This document shows, piece by piece, positions 19,297 through 28,685 of a DNA stretch of 64,000 nt (position 1 is the stretch's first letter; each line of letters begins with the position of its first letter). The notes under the pieces were generated by a model. It had not been told where the DNA came from. It made no database searches and saw nothing but the letters and a program-made list of their open reading frames with translations. Made by a program: the position numbers and the translations under genes. The stretch comes from Thermodesulfobacteriota bacterium (GTDB lineage: Bacteria; Desulfobacterota_D; UBA1144; Nemesobacterales; UBA2774). The stretch is taken from the NCBI GenBank assembly GCA_965223335.1, contig OZ244991.1, forward strand, positions 2,112,001 through 2,176,000, written 5' to 3'.

Positions 19297-21720
19297 TCAG
19301 CGCTCTATTGCGGGCAGTTCTATGTAGAACGAGGTGCCCTCGCCCACTTGGGACTCTGCCCATATGTGGCCTTGGTGCTGCTCGATGATGTTCTGGCAGT
19401 TTGCGAGCCCAAGCCCAGTGCCACGCTGCTTGGTGGTGAAGTAGGGGTCAAAGATTTTTTCCAGGTTCTCATTGGGGATGCCTACCCCCTGGTCGTGGAC
19501 GTTGAGAAGTACATAGGTGCCCGGGTCAAGGCCGTGTGTGTTCTCGGGTTCGAGCTCCCTGTTTTCTGCGTTTATTTGGATGGTGCCGCCCTGGGGCATG
19601 GACTGCTGTGCGTTGGTAAGCAGGTTGCTTATCACGCGTGTGAGCTGTGCCTCATCGCCCTTAACCAAATGAATATCGTTGTTAATATTGCTTTCAATGT
19701 TAAACATGGGGTCTGCCCCGCTAATCTTGGCGGCTTCTTCTAGTATGTCTGGAAGGTAGACGGGTTTTTTATCCATGCTCTTTGTGTTTTTGACGATACT
19801 TGTAAGGTTGCGGCTTAGTTCAAACGCCCTGTCGGACGCGCGCTGGGCGTTCTCTAGATAGGTAGAGAGCTTGTTGGTAACTGAACCCAATTTGGTTTTT
19901 GCTTTAACCTCAAGCTCGGCAAGGTCTATATTGGCCTTTATTATTGTGACGTAGTTCCCAAAGTCGTGTGTAACACCGGCCACCAGCTTACTTATGTCTT
20001 TGTATTTTTTAATAAGTTCTTTTTGCTTATCGAACATCTTTGTATAAGAGCGGTCTTTTATGGAGATCACGTAGCGCAGCTCACCGCCGGGAGTGACGTG
20101 GGAGCGGGCCTCAGCAATGATTTTTATGTTTTTCTGCTCCTTGTTGAGCATGTTGCATTTTATAGTGGATTTTAGATTTGACTCGTCGATGGTGTTTAAT
20201 TTTTCGATAAACGATTCTTTGTCTTTTTCGTCGATGATATCGTAAATGTTTAAAGACACAAACTCGTCCGGCTCGAATCCGGTAAATGATTTCACATGTT
20301 TATTGGCGTAGAGGATTTCACCCGATTCCCTTATCTCGACTATGAAGTCGGGGATGTTGTCGAGCACAGAGCGCATGATTTGCTCGCTCTCAACTATCTT
20401 TTCCTCGGCTTTTTTGCCCACTGTCCTGTCCATAAATACTATAAGCGCACCGATCACAGTGCTGTTAAAGTCGTAGAGGGGCTCGACATTGACAGAGAGA
20501 AACGGAGCGTCGTCGAGACTGGTGAACTCGAAATAGGACTCGTCGGCTACTGTATGACCATCTATGGCCTGCTCAACCAGGTCGATGAGGGGGCCGTTGT
20601 TGAGATACCTCAGGTTCATGCCCTTTAGCTGCCTGGGGGCAATGTCGAGTAGTTCGGACAGGCGTTTGTTGGTGTTGGTGATGTCGAAATCCCTGTCCAC
20701 TGTGCATACGGGCACAGGGGATTTCTCGAAAAGCATCCGAAACTTTTCGGTCGAGCGCGAGATGATCTCGTCGTGGTTTATGATGTCTATAGAGAACTGG
20801 ATGATCCATGCCGTGAGGTCGATCAAGTTTAGGTCCTCTTCTGTGAACGTGGCTTCGGTGTCGGACATTATCTCGATTTTGCCAATAAGCTCGCCGTCAA
20901 AGTGAATGGGCGCTTGGAGGTAGTCGGCGTAGGCGTGCTCAGGGTCTACGGGCGCAGTTTCAAGGCTCTGGCCATTAATGCTTTTGGTTGTGCGGCTTGG
21001 GCCTGTGTTTAGTGCAGTGACGTTGCTGTGTTTAGAGAAACGGTCCTCTGAGTAGATCACCTTTACAAAATTGTTGGGCAGGATTTCCCTGGTCTTGTCT
21101 ATATCAAACCTGATGGCCACAGTGTCTGCATTTGTAATGCTCTGGTTTAGCTCGCCTGCAATGGTGGTTAGCAGGTCGTCCAGATTGTTATAGGACGTGG
21201 CCGAGGCATAGATTTTTTTAACAGTGGTTTGATAGAAATTGCTTTCGGAGTCTTCGGGTTTGTGCTGTGAAGCTTTCTTTAAATTGTTTACATATAGAAT
21301 GCCCATCTCGGCAGAGAGCGGCACAAGGCGGGCGGAATAGAGATGGAAACGGCCGTCGATATCGGTCCTAAACTCGAACGATACCTCGCTGTGCTCGGGG
21401 TCTTTTTTGCCAAGTGCGGTTTTGAAATTGGCCGGGTCGGTAATAAACGGGTAGTCGTAGATCGATTGAGCCGTGTCGTAGTCGAAGTCCTTTAACAGCT
21501 CGTCTTGGGGATTGGTGCTGATGACCTTGTGTACCGTGCCGTCATTATCAATGAGCACAATAAGCTCGTTTATGTTCTCGAATATTATGCGGTACTCGGA
21601 GTTGTCCTCTGGGCTTTGGGTGGATCCTGATTGACGGGTTGCGACAAGTCCCTTAATATCCTTGAACACATCCGAAGTAAGCTGTTTTAGCTTGGATTCA
21701 GGTCTAGTATCCTTAGCCAT
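19297..21720 (-). CDS. Multi-PAS/GAF histidine kinase
   Basis: PAS-GAF-PAS-PAS-like N-terminus, AGVTHDFGN, NAQQSMPQGG, GTGLGL. Confidence 0.87.
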   Translation of the reverse strand: MAKDTRPESKLKQLTSDVFKDIKGLVATRQSGSTQSPEDNSEYRIIFENINELIVLIDNDGTVHKVISTNPQDELLKDFDYDTAQSIYDYPFITDPANFKTALGKKDPEHSEVSFEFRTDIDGRFHLYSARLVPLSAEMGILYVNNLKKASQHKPEDSESNFYQTTVKKIYASATSYNNLDDLLTTIAGELNQSITNADTVAIRFDIDKTREILPNNFVKVIYSEDRFSKHSNVTALNTGPSRTTKSINGQSLETAPVDPEHAYADYLQAPIHFDGELIGKIEIMSDTEATFTEEDLNLIDLTAWIIQFSIDIINHDEIISRSTEKFRMLFEKSPVPVCTVDRDFDITNTNKRLSELLDIAPRQLKGMNLRYLNNGPLIDLVEQAIDGHTVADESYFEFTSLDDAPFLSVNVEPLYDFNSTVIGALIVFMDRTVGKKAEEKIVESEQIMRSVLDNIPDFIVEIRESGEILYANKHVKSFTGFEPDEFVSLNIYDIIDEKDKESFIEKLNTIDESNLKSTIKCNMLNKEQKNIKIIAEARSHVTPGGELRYVISIKDRSYTKMFDKQKELIKKYKDISKLVAGVTHDFGNYVTIIKANIDLAELEVKAKTKLGSVTNKLSTYLENAQRASDRAFELSRNLTSIVKNTKSMDKKPVYLPDILEEAAKISGADPMFNIESNINNDIHLVKGDEAQLTRVISNLLTNAQQSMPQGGTIQINAENRELEPENTHGLDPGTYVLLNVHDQGVGIPNENLEKIFDPYFTTKQRGTGLGLANCQNIIEQHQGHIWAESQVGEGTSFYIELPAIER

Positions 21721-22043
21721 AAATATTTATTGAATATGCTCGCTAGTTTCATAAACGAGCATATTATGCATCCCCTAGTGCATTAAGACTGAGTGATATC
21801 GGTAATACTTAACCCAAGACCAATGTTTCTATGTATCTCTCGGCACCACAAATGTGCAATTATCCCCATTGTAGTGTTATTGAAATTTTACTCCTGATAT
21901 GTAAGTAATTCAACAGATTTTTAGATAGCAAGCATAAATTAATTGTATATTCTTAGCTCGGTTTTGAGTCTGTGGTCATTGTGCAGAGGGCTCGATATGA
22001 TAATATATGTGTTTTGTTTTAGCGTTGTTTCCAACCGTTACAT

Positions 22044-22118
22044 GCCGACGTAGCTCAGCGGTAGAGCAGCTCACTCGTAATGAGCAGGTCAGGAGTTCAA
22101 ATCTCCTCGTCGGCTCCA
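22044..22118 (+). tRNA. tRNA-Thr(CGT)
   Basis: Acceptor stem GCCGACG/CGTCGGC, D arm TAGCTCAGCGGTAGAGC, anticodon arm GCTCA-CTCGTAA-TGAGC, T loop GTTCAAATC, encoded CCA. Confidence 0.97.
22072..22118 (+). repeat. attL: 47-bp direct repeat (3' part of tRNA-Thr)
   Basis: CACTCGTAATGAGCAGGTCAGGAGTTCAAATCTCCTCGTCGGCTCCA is identical to 28686-28732. Confidence 0.95.
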
Positions 22119-22165
22119 ATAATCCCAGGGAGTTAGGACACCTAAGGAATAAGACATCCTAGAGG

Positions 22166-22184
22166 TGTCTACCCATTGTCTAAC
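22166..22184 (+). repeat. Putative integrase arm-type site, left
   Basis: TGTCTACCCATTGTCTAAC is identical to 28574-28592. Confidence 0.65.
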
Positions 22185-22235
22185 CATAGAAACCCTATTT
22201 TGCTTCCTGTAAATCCTAAGTAGGAGGCGAGGTTC

Positions 22236-23285
22236 ATGGCATCCCTAATATATAAACACAATAGTTACTATGCAGTCTTTAGTATTAAGAGGAAAAAGAA
22301 GTGGATACGCATAGGCTCTATAGACAGGAAAGAGGCTAAGAAGATTCTAAGGAGGCTTGAGGTAGAACACATAAAGGGCAACCTGGGTATCAAGGATAAT
22401 AAACCTATATTGCTCTATGATTTCCTTGATCAGTACATGGTGTTTTGCAAGACTAACAAGGCTTGGAACACTCACCGGATAGAGCAAGGAATCTCCCGTG
22501 ACTTAAGGGCATTCTATGGAAATGTGATGCTCAATTCTTTAGACAGTACAGACATAGAGAGCTATAAGCATAACGAGGTCTGTAGGGGCTTAGCTCCCTC
22601 TGGGATTAACAGGAAACTCGCTGCAATAAAGTTTATGTTTAGGAAAGCCAAGGAATGGGGCTACATAGAGAAAGTTCCCTATATTCCCCTTCTAAAGCTC
22701 CCCAGGAGGCCTGTACGATACTTATCTATAGACGAGATGGAACGCCTCTTAGAGTGCTCTAGTGAGTGGCTCAGGCCTATATTATTGGTGCTCAGGAACA
22801 CTGGTATGCGAATGGGTGAAGTACTAGATTTGCAATTTAGTAACATAGACCTGGAGAGAAGTTCTTTGGTTGTGTACAGCCCCAAAACAAGAAACCATAG
22901 AGTGATCCCAATTAATCTGGAATTAAAAAATACTCTAGAATGGTTAGCTAAGTATTATGTGAATCCAAGCAACTTAATGGTATCACAGAGAGAGTCACAC
23001 CAGAGAGAGTATGTGTTTTGCCATAAGGATGGTTCTAGGATTAGCAGCTTTAGAACAAGCTTTAGAACTGCTTGTCGTAAAGCTGGTGTAAGGGCTACTG
23101 TACACACTATTAGACATACCTTTGCATCACACCTTGTAATGAATGGGGTTGACCTGGTATCTATCAAGGAGCTTTTAGGTCATAGTACTATTTCCACTAC
23201 TATGATTTACTCTCATGTGTCTAGTGAATACAAGAGCCAGACTGTGACTAGGTTGCCATGGATCTATTCAAGTATTAATCATTGA
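22236..23285 (+). CDS. Tyrosine recombinase / phage-type integrase
   Basis: TGMRMGE (R), HTIRHTFASHL (HxxR), LLGHSTISTTMIYSH (H, Y); AGGAGG RBS. Confidence 0.95.
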   Translation: MASLIYKHNSYYAVFSIKRKKKWIRIGSIDRKEAKKILRRLEVEHIKGNLGIKDNKPILLYDFLDQYMVFCKTNKAWNTHRIEQGISRDLRAFYGNVMLNSLDSTDIESYKHNEVCRGLAPSGINRKLAAIKFMFRKAKEWGYIEKVPYIPLLKLPRRPVRYLSIDEMERLLECSSEWLRPILLVLRNTGMRMGEVLDLQFSNIDLERSSLVVYSPKTRNHRVIPINLELKNTLEWLAKYYVNPSNLMVSQRESHQREYVFCHKDGSRISSFRTSFRTACRKAGVRATVHTIRHTFASHLVMNGVDLVSIKELLGHSTISTTMIYSHVSSEYKSQTVTRLPWIYSSINH

Positions 23286-23309
23286 ACCACTATAGTATAA
23301 TAGATATAA

Positions 23310-24128
23310 ATGATAGACTCTGGATATATCTTAAACATTAAAAGATCTACATGTGCAATTATATATACTTCTCATAACTTGCCAACATTACCAAAGGATC
23401 TAAGTCATGAAGATGTGATGGGTTATGTTGATAAGGTAATAGCTACTGGTTTTTTTATAAGTGGTAATGTGATATTAACAAACAGACATGTAATCACTGA
23501 AATTGAGAAAATGAGAAGTCTTTATAACCTTAGCTATAGTGACTTTTATTTATGGTTTGTAATTCCTGGTGACAAAAATAGTATGGTGCAAAAGTTTACA
23601 CAGGTAGAGGGTGTATCTAAAATCTATGATGCATCAAATTCTGGAAAGCTAGATATAGGATTCATATTTATGCAACATACAGCTTCCCAAGATTTGGGTA
23701 TAGATCCGGTACCTTTTGGTGACTTAGCTAACATAATTGTTGGGAAGGATATAGCATTATGTGGATTTCCTCATGGTGATCATTTGTTATCAAACGATCT
23801 AGGAATACTCAGATATGGGCCTATTACATTTTCTGGTATCATATCAGCTGTTTCACCTGTGGATTCTATTGAACCTAGAAAAATAACTACCTTTCTTTAT
23901 GATGCGAATACTGCAGGAGGATTGAGCGGATCACCAGTTTTCAACACTGAAAATGGTAAAGTCATAGGAATAAACTATGCGGGTGCTCCAGGCGTAATTG
24001 GTATGGGTATACCCTTAGATCAACAAAGAGTTGATTCTTGGTTAGATTTACTTAATAAAGCATCCAAAGATGATAGTGTATGGAGTAGAGTTAAATTCGT
24101 GGATGGTGGAGATGCAATAATTAACTAA
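23310..24128 (+). CDS. Trypsin-like serine protease, no signal peptide
   Basis: TGFFI..ILTNRHV (His), LDIG (Asp), GGLSGSPVFN..GKVIGI (Ser). Confidence 0.85.
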   Translation: MIDSGYILNIKRSTCAIIYTSHNLPTLPKDLSHEDVMGYVDKVIATGFFISGNVILTNRHVITEIEKMRSLYNLSYSDFYLWFVIPGDKNSMVQKFTQVEGVSKIYDASNSGKLDIGFIFMQHTASQDLGIDPVPFGDLANIIVGKDIALCGFPHGDHLLSNDLGILRYGPITFSGIISAVSPVDSIEPRKITTFLYDANTAGGLSGSPVFNTENGKVIGINYAGAPGVIGMGIPLDQQRVDSWLDLLNKASKDDSVWSRVKFVDGGDAIIN

Positions 24129-24168
24129 TATCATTCTTTTGGTTTACTATTGCTTTGAGATATTCTGA

Positions 24169-25086
24169 TCAATTACAATATTCCTTAATTACATCATATA
24201 CCTCATGATATCCCAGCTCCCCAGCCTTAGATAAATCAAGACATCCTTCATTTTTATGACCAAGGTCGATATTTGCTAAACCCCTATTATTGTAAGCATC
24301 TCCATACTTAGGATTAAGTTCTATGGCTTTGTTGTAGTCTTGGATAGCCCCCCTATAATCTTTGAGACTTTGTTTAGCTAACCCTCTATTATAGTAAGCC
24401 TCTGCGAACTTGGGATAAGTTTCAATTGTTTTATTGAAATCTTGTATAGCATCTCTGTAATTACTGAGTTTGTTCTTAGCAATCCCTCTCATGTAGTAGG
24501 TAGTTGCTTTTGTGAATTCTGGCACATCTTCAGTGTAAAGACTACAGAGAGCTTTGGTATGCCTTCTAAGGTAGAAAGCCAGTGCATCCTTAGGATTGGT
24601 CTCTATGGCTTTGTTATAGTCTTGTATAGCTCCTTTGTAATCATTTAGAAGATACTTAGCTATCCCTCTCGATTTGTAAGTCTCAGAGTCATATGGATTG
24701 ATTTTCAGAGCTTCATTAAGATCTTGAATAGCTGATTTGTAATCTTTAAGATGCACTTTAGGTTTTGCTCTAAAAGAGTAAGCAAGCGCACACTCAGGAT
24801 TAATCTCTATAGCTTTATTGTAGTCTTGTATAGCTCCTTTGTAATCTTCAAGTATTATCTTAGTTATTCCTCTCAGAAGATAAACATCAACATATGTGGG
24901 ATATTGTTCTATAGCAGTATTGGTAAACTCCAGTGCCTTTTGATAATCCTCTAATTCAATGGACTCAAGAGCCTTCTCTAAATAATCCTCAGCTGTCTGA
25001 GCCTGTGTTGCTAGGGGCATGCTAAGTACTATGAAGATTGAATATAGGTATATTCTTAATTTCATAACTATTAGTGACCCTAACAC
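24169..25086 (-). CDS. Exported tetratricopeptide-repeat protein
   Basis: Signal peptide then repeated DYKGAIQDYNKAIE TPR units; C-terminal GCLDLSKAGELG cap. Start probably ATG 25065. Confidence 0.9.
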   Translation of the reverse strand: MLGSLIVMKLRIYLYSIFIVLSMPLATQAQTAEDYLEKALESIELEDYQKALEFTNTAIEQYPTYVDVYLLRGITKIILEDYKGAIQDYNKAIEINPECALAYSFRAKPKVHLKDYKSAIQDLNEALKINPYDSETYKSRGIAKYLLNDYKGAIQDYNKAIETNPKDALAFYLRRHTKALCSLYTEDVPEFTKATTYYMRGIAKNKLSNYRDAIQDFNKTIETYPKFAEAYYNRGLAKQSLKDYRGAIQDYNKAIELNPKYGDAYNNRGLANIDLGHKNEGCLDLSKAGELGYHEVYDVIKEYCN

Positions 25087-25157
25087 ATGCTCTGGTGATT
25101 CACAAGATGCAAATTAGCAGTCATGGTTCATACGAGTTCTCTGACTATGCTGATGGG

Positions 25158-27380
25158 TCACGCATGAATCTCACCCTCCTTATCTCTCATTAGTTTGTTT
25201 ACAACCTTGCTCACATATCCTGGAGACACATTTAGTTCATTAGCAATCTCACACTGTTTAAGCCCCTCTCCATATAACTTGGATATGCCTGTTTTCTTTT
25301 CTGTATCCAATGGTTTACCCTTCTTTCTTCCAACCTTGGATGTATTTGGATTTCTTATCTTATTGTTTCTAGTCATGTTCTCATCAAGAGGCATACTCCA
25401 GCTGGAATCTATGAATGGGTTGTCTACTTCCTGCACGAGTTTCCTTTTGCCATCCCAGTCTATATTAATGGAGGATACCAAGGTTTTTTTTGAGTTTAAA
25501 TCTTTACCAGTTTTCAAGGACTCCTTGTATTTTACTAGTCTCTCATTTCTTGTAGTTAGGTCTGGGATTTGACCTGTGTTGAAGCCTTCCCTTATTTTCT
25601 CAAGGAACTCCTCTTCACTACAGCCACCAATCCTGGCAGTGTGTTTCTCTTTCCTATTAGTGCTCATGGGATTCAGGACATACCCTCTTTCTCTTAGGAT
25701 AACACCATGATCCACTTCCAATTCTAATCTCAGGTCACTTCCAATACTTCGGAGTTCATCTAGGCTCTTACATCTAATATCAACATCCCTAGGCAGTACT
25801 ACAGAGTCTGTTGACACATGATATGCTCCTTTTGCAACGAACTCAGATATAATTGCTCTGCCCTTCCCTAATATTAGTGCTGCCCATTCCGGATACCAGA
25901 GCTCTCCGACCTCGCTAGGTGACTTAGCACCTTCATATTTCTGAGCAAATTTTCCAACCAGAGAATTCATAAGGACTTTGCAGATGCTATAATCAAGGCT
26001 TCCCTTTTCATGCTGATGTTTATGATCCAGCATGACTTTCATACAGTCTCTTAGGGGATGTTCATTCTCTTTTCTCTTGGGATAGAATCCATATCCTTTA
26101 ATAATCTTAAAGTCTGTTAAGCCTAGCTTTACTGCTAGCCTAAGCTCACTCAATGTACAGTGTGATACTCCATCCTTTGGAAAGTAAAAAATTTTCTCCC
26201 TAGCACCAGGAACGGGTAGATTCGGATAGACAGCATCGTCAGGAAACCTAAATTGTACCTCTGCAAACCCCTCAGCCTTAGATAAGAATTTCTCATGGTT
26301 GCGCTTGGAATACTTTACCCATCTAGTTGTACTAGTAGGTAATGGCTGTAGGATTGCAGACGATGGATATAAGGAATCTACATCATAGTATGCTAAGTTT
26401 TGCCCCTTGAACGATCCTCTGTAAAAAGCCTCCATTCTGCCCCCATGATAAGCAAGCATAGATAAGTTTCTGACATTGAGATCACCATCAAATATTTCTT
26501 TTTTCTCAAGAATGTCATAGTATTTGACTTCACCATCAGATAGGGTTTTGCTCTGCTTTCTGGAGATTTCAATTGTTTTGGTTGGTGCACATGGAGTACT
26601 AAGATAATCCCTGCGAAAGAGATAGCTAGATAACCTGGGCAGAGTATTGAAATGTAGTAAGTCAACCCTGTACGTTACTAAGAAGTAATCCCTAAGCTTA
26701 GTATAAGCTTTATATGCTATCTCAGCATCCCTACATGCATACTCCATAAATATATCAGGATACTCCTTTAACAGGATATCCATGTTCTCTTTCCAGTGTG
26801 TCTCACTCTGCCCACCTAATTCATTTAGAGTCAATTTAGGAAAATCATGATAGGCACCTATCTCTCCAAGGCTAGTCTTTAAAAGGATATTTAGATCAAT
26901 GATTTTGATCTTATGCTCACTTCCATCTATTGGGTTCTCTAGAGTGCCTTCTACGATTAACCCCTTATTTATTTGTTTCAGAGTAAGAGTCTTAGGGATT
27001 TCAAAGTTGCCCATCTCGGCATACACATAGTGGGCTACAAGGTATATGGTGCCATTAGGTTCAATGCCTAGACCATGTAAAAACTCAAATAGAGTCTTCT
27101 CCAGGCTTGATATACTCGCCAAAGATGGCTCTCTGTTGTTTGTTTTACCAATCAGATCAGCCCCATAATACACCCTTGAGCCATCACCATGGGCATACTG
27201 GATTGATATTAGGCACTGTGTTTCATCCTTATAGGTAAATTCTGTATCAAATCCTAAGATCAATGGATTATCCAATACAGGTTTCTCCCTCTTTACCCTG
27301 GATAACACATGGCTATACTTAGAATCACTAATTTTTTGGATTTCTTTGTAGTTCATATCAAGCTCCAAACAGCCGTACAC
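25158..27380 (-). CDS. Family-B DNA polymerase, piPolB-like, with C-terminal HTH
   Basis: ExoI GFDTEF, ExoII LVAHYVYAE, ExoIII YACRDAE, YHGGR, motif A YDVDSLYP, motif B KVLMNSLVGKFAQ, motif C VSTDS, LRERG; C-terminal HTH EGLKQCEIANELNVSPGYVSKVV. Likely start ATG 27356. Confidence 0.88.
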   Translation of the reverse strand: MYGCLELDMNYKEIQKISDSKYSHVLSRVKREKPVLDNPLILGFDTEFTYKDETQCLISIQYAHGDGSRVYYGADLIGKTNNREPSLASISSLEKTLFEFLHGLGIEPNGTIYLVAHYVYAEMGNFEIPKTLTLKQINKGLIVEGTLENPIDGSEHKIKIIDLNILLKTSLGEIGAYHDFPKLTLNELGGQSETHWKENMDILLKEYPDIFMEYACRDAEIAYKAYTKLRDYFLVTYRVDLLHFNTLPRLSSYLFRRDYLSTPCAPTKTIEISRKQSKTLSDGEVKYYDILEKKEIFDGDLNVRNLSMLAYHGGRMEAFYRGSFKGQNLAYYDVDSLYPSSAILQPLPTSTTRWVKYSKRNHEKFLSKAEGFAEVQFRFPDDAVYPNLPVPGAREKIFYFPKDGVSHCTLSELRLAVKLGLTDFKIIKGYGFYPKRKENEHPLRDCMKVMLDHKHQHEKGSLDYSICKVLMNSLVGKFAQKYEGAKSPSEVGELWYPEWAALILGKGRAIISEFVAKGAYHVSTDSVVLPRDVDIRCKSLDELRSIGSDLRLELEVDHGVILRERGYVLNPMSTNRKEKHTARIGGCSEEEFLEKIREGFNTGQIPDLTTRNERLVKYKESLKTGKDLNSKKTLVSSINIDWDGKRKLVQEVDNPFIDSSWSMPLDENMTRNNKIRNPNTSKVGRKKGKPLDTEKKTGISKLYGEGLKQCEIANELNVSPGYVSKVVNKLMRDKEGEIHA

Positions 27381-27473
27381 ACTGTAGATTTATCCATACA
27401 GGATAGGTGTACTTAAGTTTGTTTGACTTGATTAACTAGGTAGAGGGGTAACCAAAAAGAAAAACTAGGGATT

Positions 27474-27502
27474 GTTATACCTGAAGATTCATAAAATGTC
27501 AA
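27474..27502 (-). promoter_or_regulatory. Sigma70-type promoter of polB
   Basis: Minus strand TTGACA-17 nt-TATAAC about 120 bp upstream of the polB start. Confidence 0.65.
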
Positions 27503-28006
27503 GTATTTACTTAGGAGTCACGTGTAACCAACTGCTATTACAGGATATATATGTGGTTCCATAGATGGTTCTGGCATTCCAGGCAAGGGTGGATCACTAA
27601 ATAATGCTCTGGGATTGGCACCTGCACTGCTTTGTGGATAATTCTGGATATGTCTAAGTAACTTTCTTATATATCATACTCCCCTGTGGGACATACCAGG
27701 GGGTACTATGTGACAGGGGTATTTGTATGTAAAATTAGGATAAGCTCAGGGTTGAACTAAGCACAAGAAGCTATGCAAGATATAAGTGGCAGTACCAGCC
27801 CCTGAGTCCATTGACAGCGTAGAGTGGCTATCTCCTAGATTATATAGGGGGGGGTGATCAGGCACCCCTACCCCCTGAAAAAACATATATATTCCTAGTC
27901 ACCAAATAGTACTTCAAAACCCTCCTGAGAGAGCCATATAAGCCCCCTAAGAAGCCTATCTACATCTTCTTTGGAGAGCCTAAGGTGTATTCTTGATTGC
28001 TACTAT

Positions 28007-28042
28007 TGACACACACACCTCTCTGGGGGGAGGTGTGTGTCA
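28007..28042. repeat. Hairpin/inverted repeat in the element's non-coding region
   Basis: TGACACACACACCTC-TCTGGGGG-GAGGTGTGTGTCA. Confidence 0.7.
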
Positions 28043-28263
28043 GAGTAATCCCAGGAAAGCTAGGGTATCACCATGGATCGGGTAAAGCTCTGGTAATGGA
28101 AAGCCTATAGAAGGGGACATCACCCTACCGACTTTCCCCTCCCTATTCTCTTACCTCCTAATATAGGAGAAGATTAAAGGAAACTTTGGGGGGGGGGTGC
28201 TTCTTTGTGTTTTTTTTTGTTATATGCTAATGTGAGCGTATCCCCCAGGGAAGGAGGTGGTCT

Positions 28264-28494
28264 ATGGTAAAGTATGCACTAAGTATAATAGTGGTGTGCA
28301 TTCTAGGGTTGGGAATCTATTTATATCTGGCTAAGCCCTGTCTCGCAGGGATTTGTATTGGTAAGTGTATTAATAGTAGTGTCTGTGGAACTGGTTGTTT
28401 CTGTGGTAAAGAGTTCCCCAAGCCTATGGGTAAATGTTATAGTGCAGATAGGGTAGATGAATTGCTTGGGAAAGGGTATGAAATATTACCTTAG
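28264..28494 (+). CDS. Small Cys-rich membrane-anchored/exported protein
   Basis: AGGAGG RBS, N-terminal hydrophobic helix, seven Cys in the soluble part. Confidence 0.65.
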   Translation: MVKYALSIIVVCILGLGIYLYLAKPCLAGICIGKCINSSVCGTGCFCGKEFPKPMGKCYSADRVDELLGKGYEILP

Positions 28495-28569
28495 AGGGGA
28501 TGAAATCAAATCTTTGTTAGGCATTATTTTATGTTATAATGGATAGTTATACAGGAGGCGAGGTTTTTT

Positions 28570-28618
28570 ATATTGTCTACCCATTGTCTAACTCAAGGTC
28601 TATAAGGGTAGACAATAT
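28570..28618. repeat. Putative integrase arm-type sites, right (direct and inverted)
   Basis: ATATTGTCTACCC (28570-28582) and GGGTAGACAATAT (28606-28618) form a 13-bp inverted repeat; 28574-28592 repeats 22166-22184. Confidence 0.65.
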
Positions 28619-28685
28619 GAGGCAGCCAATGGAAATATTCTTTAATCATTCCAATAGGTATCCAAAGCTTCCCTAGGATTTCAGC

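Noticed and set aside
27616..27631. Sigma54-like TGGCAC-N5-CTGCT site inside the element
   Set aside because: GG-N10-GC spacing is right, but there is no plus-strand ORF within about 630 bp, so it may be a chance match.
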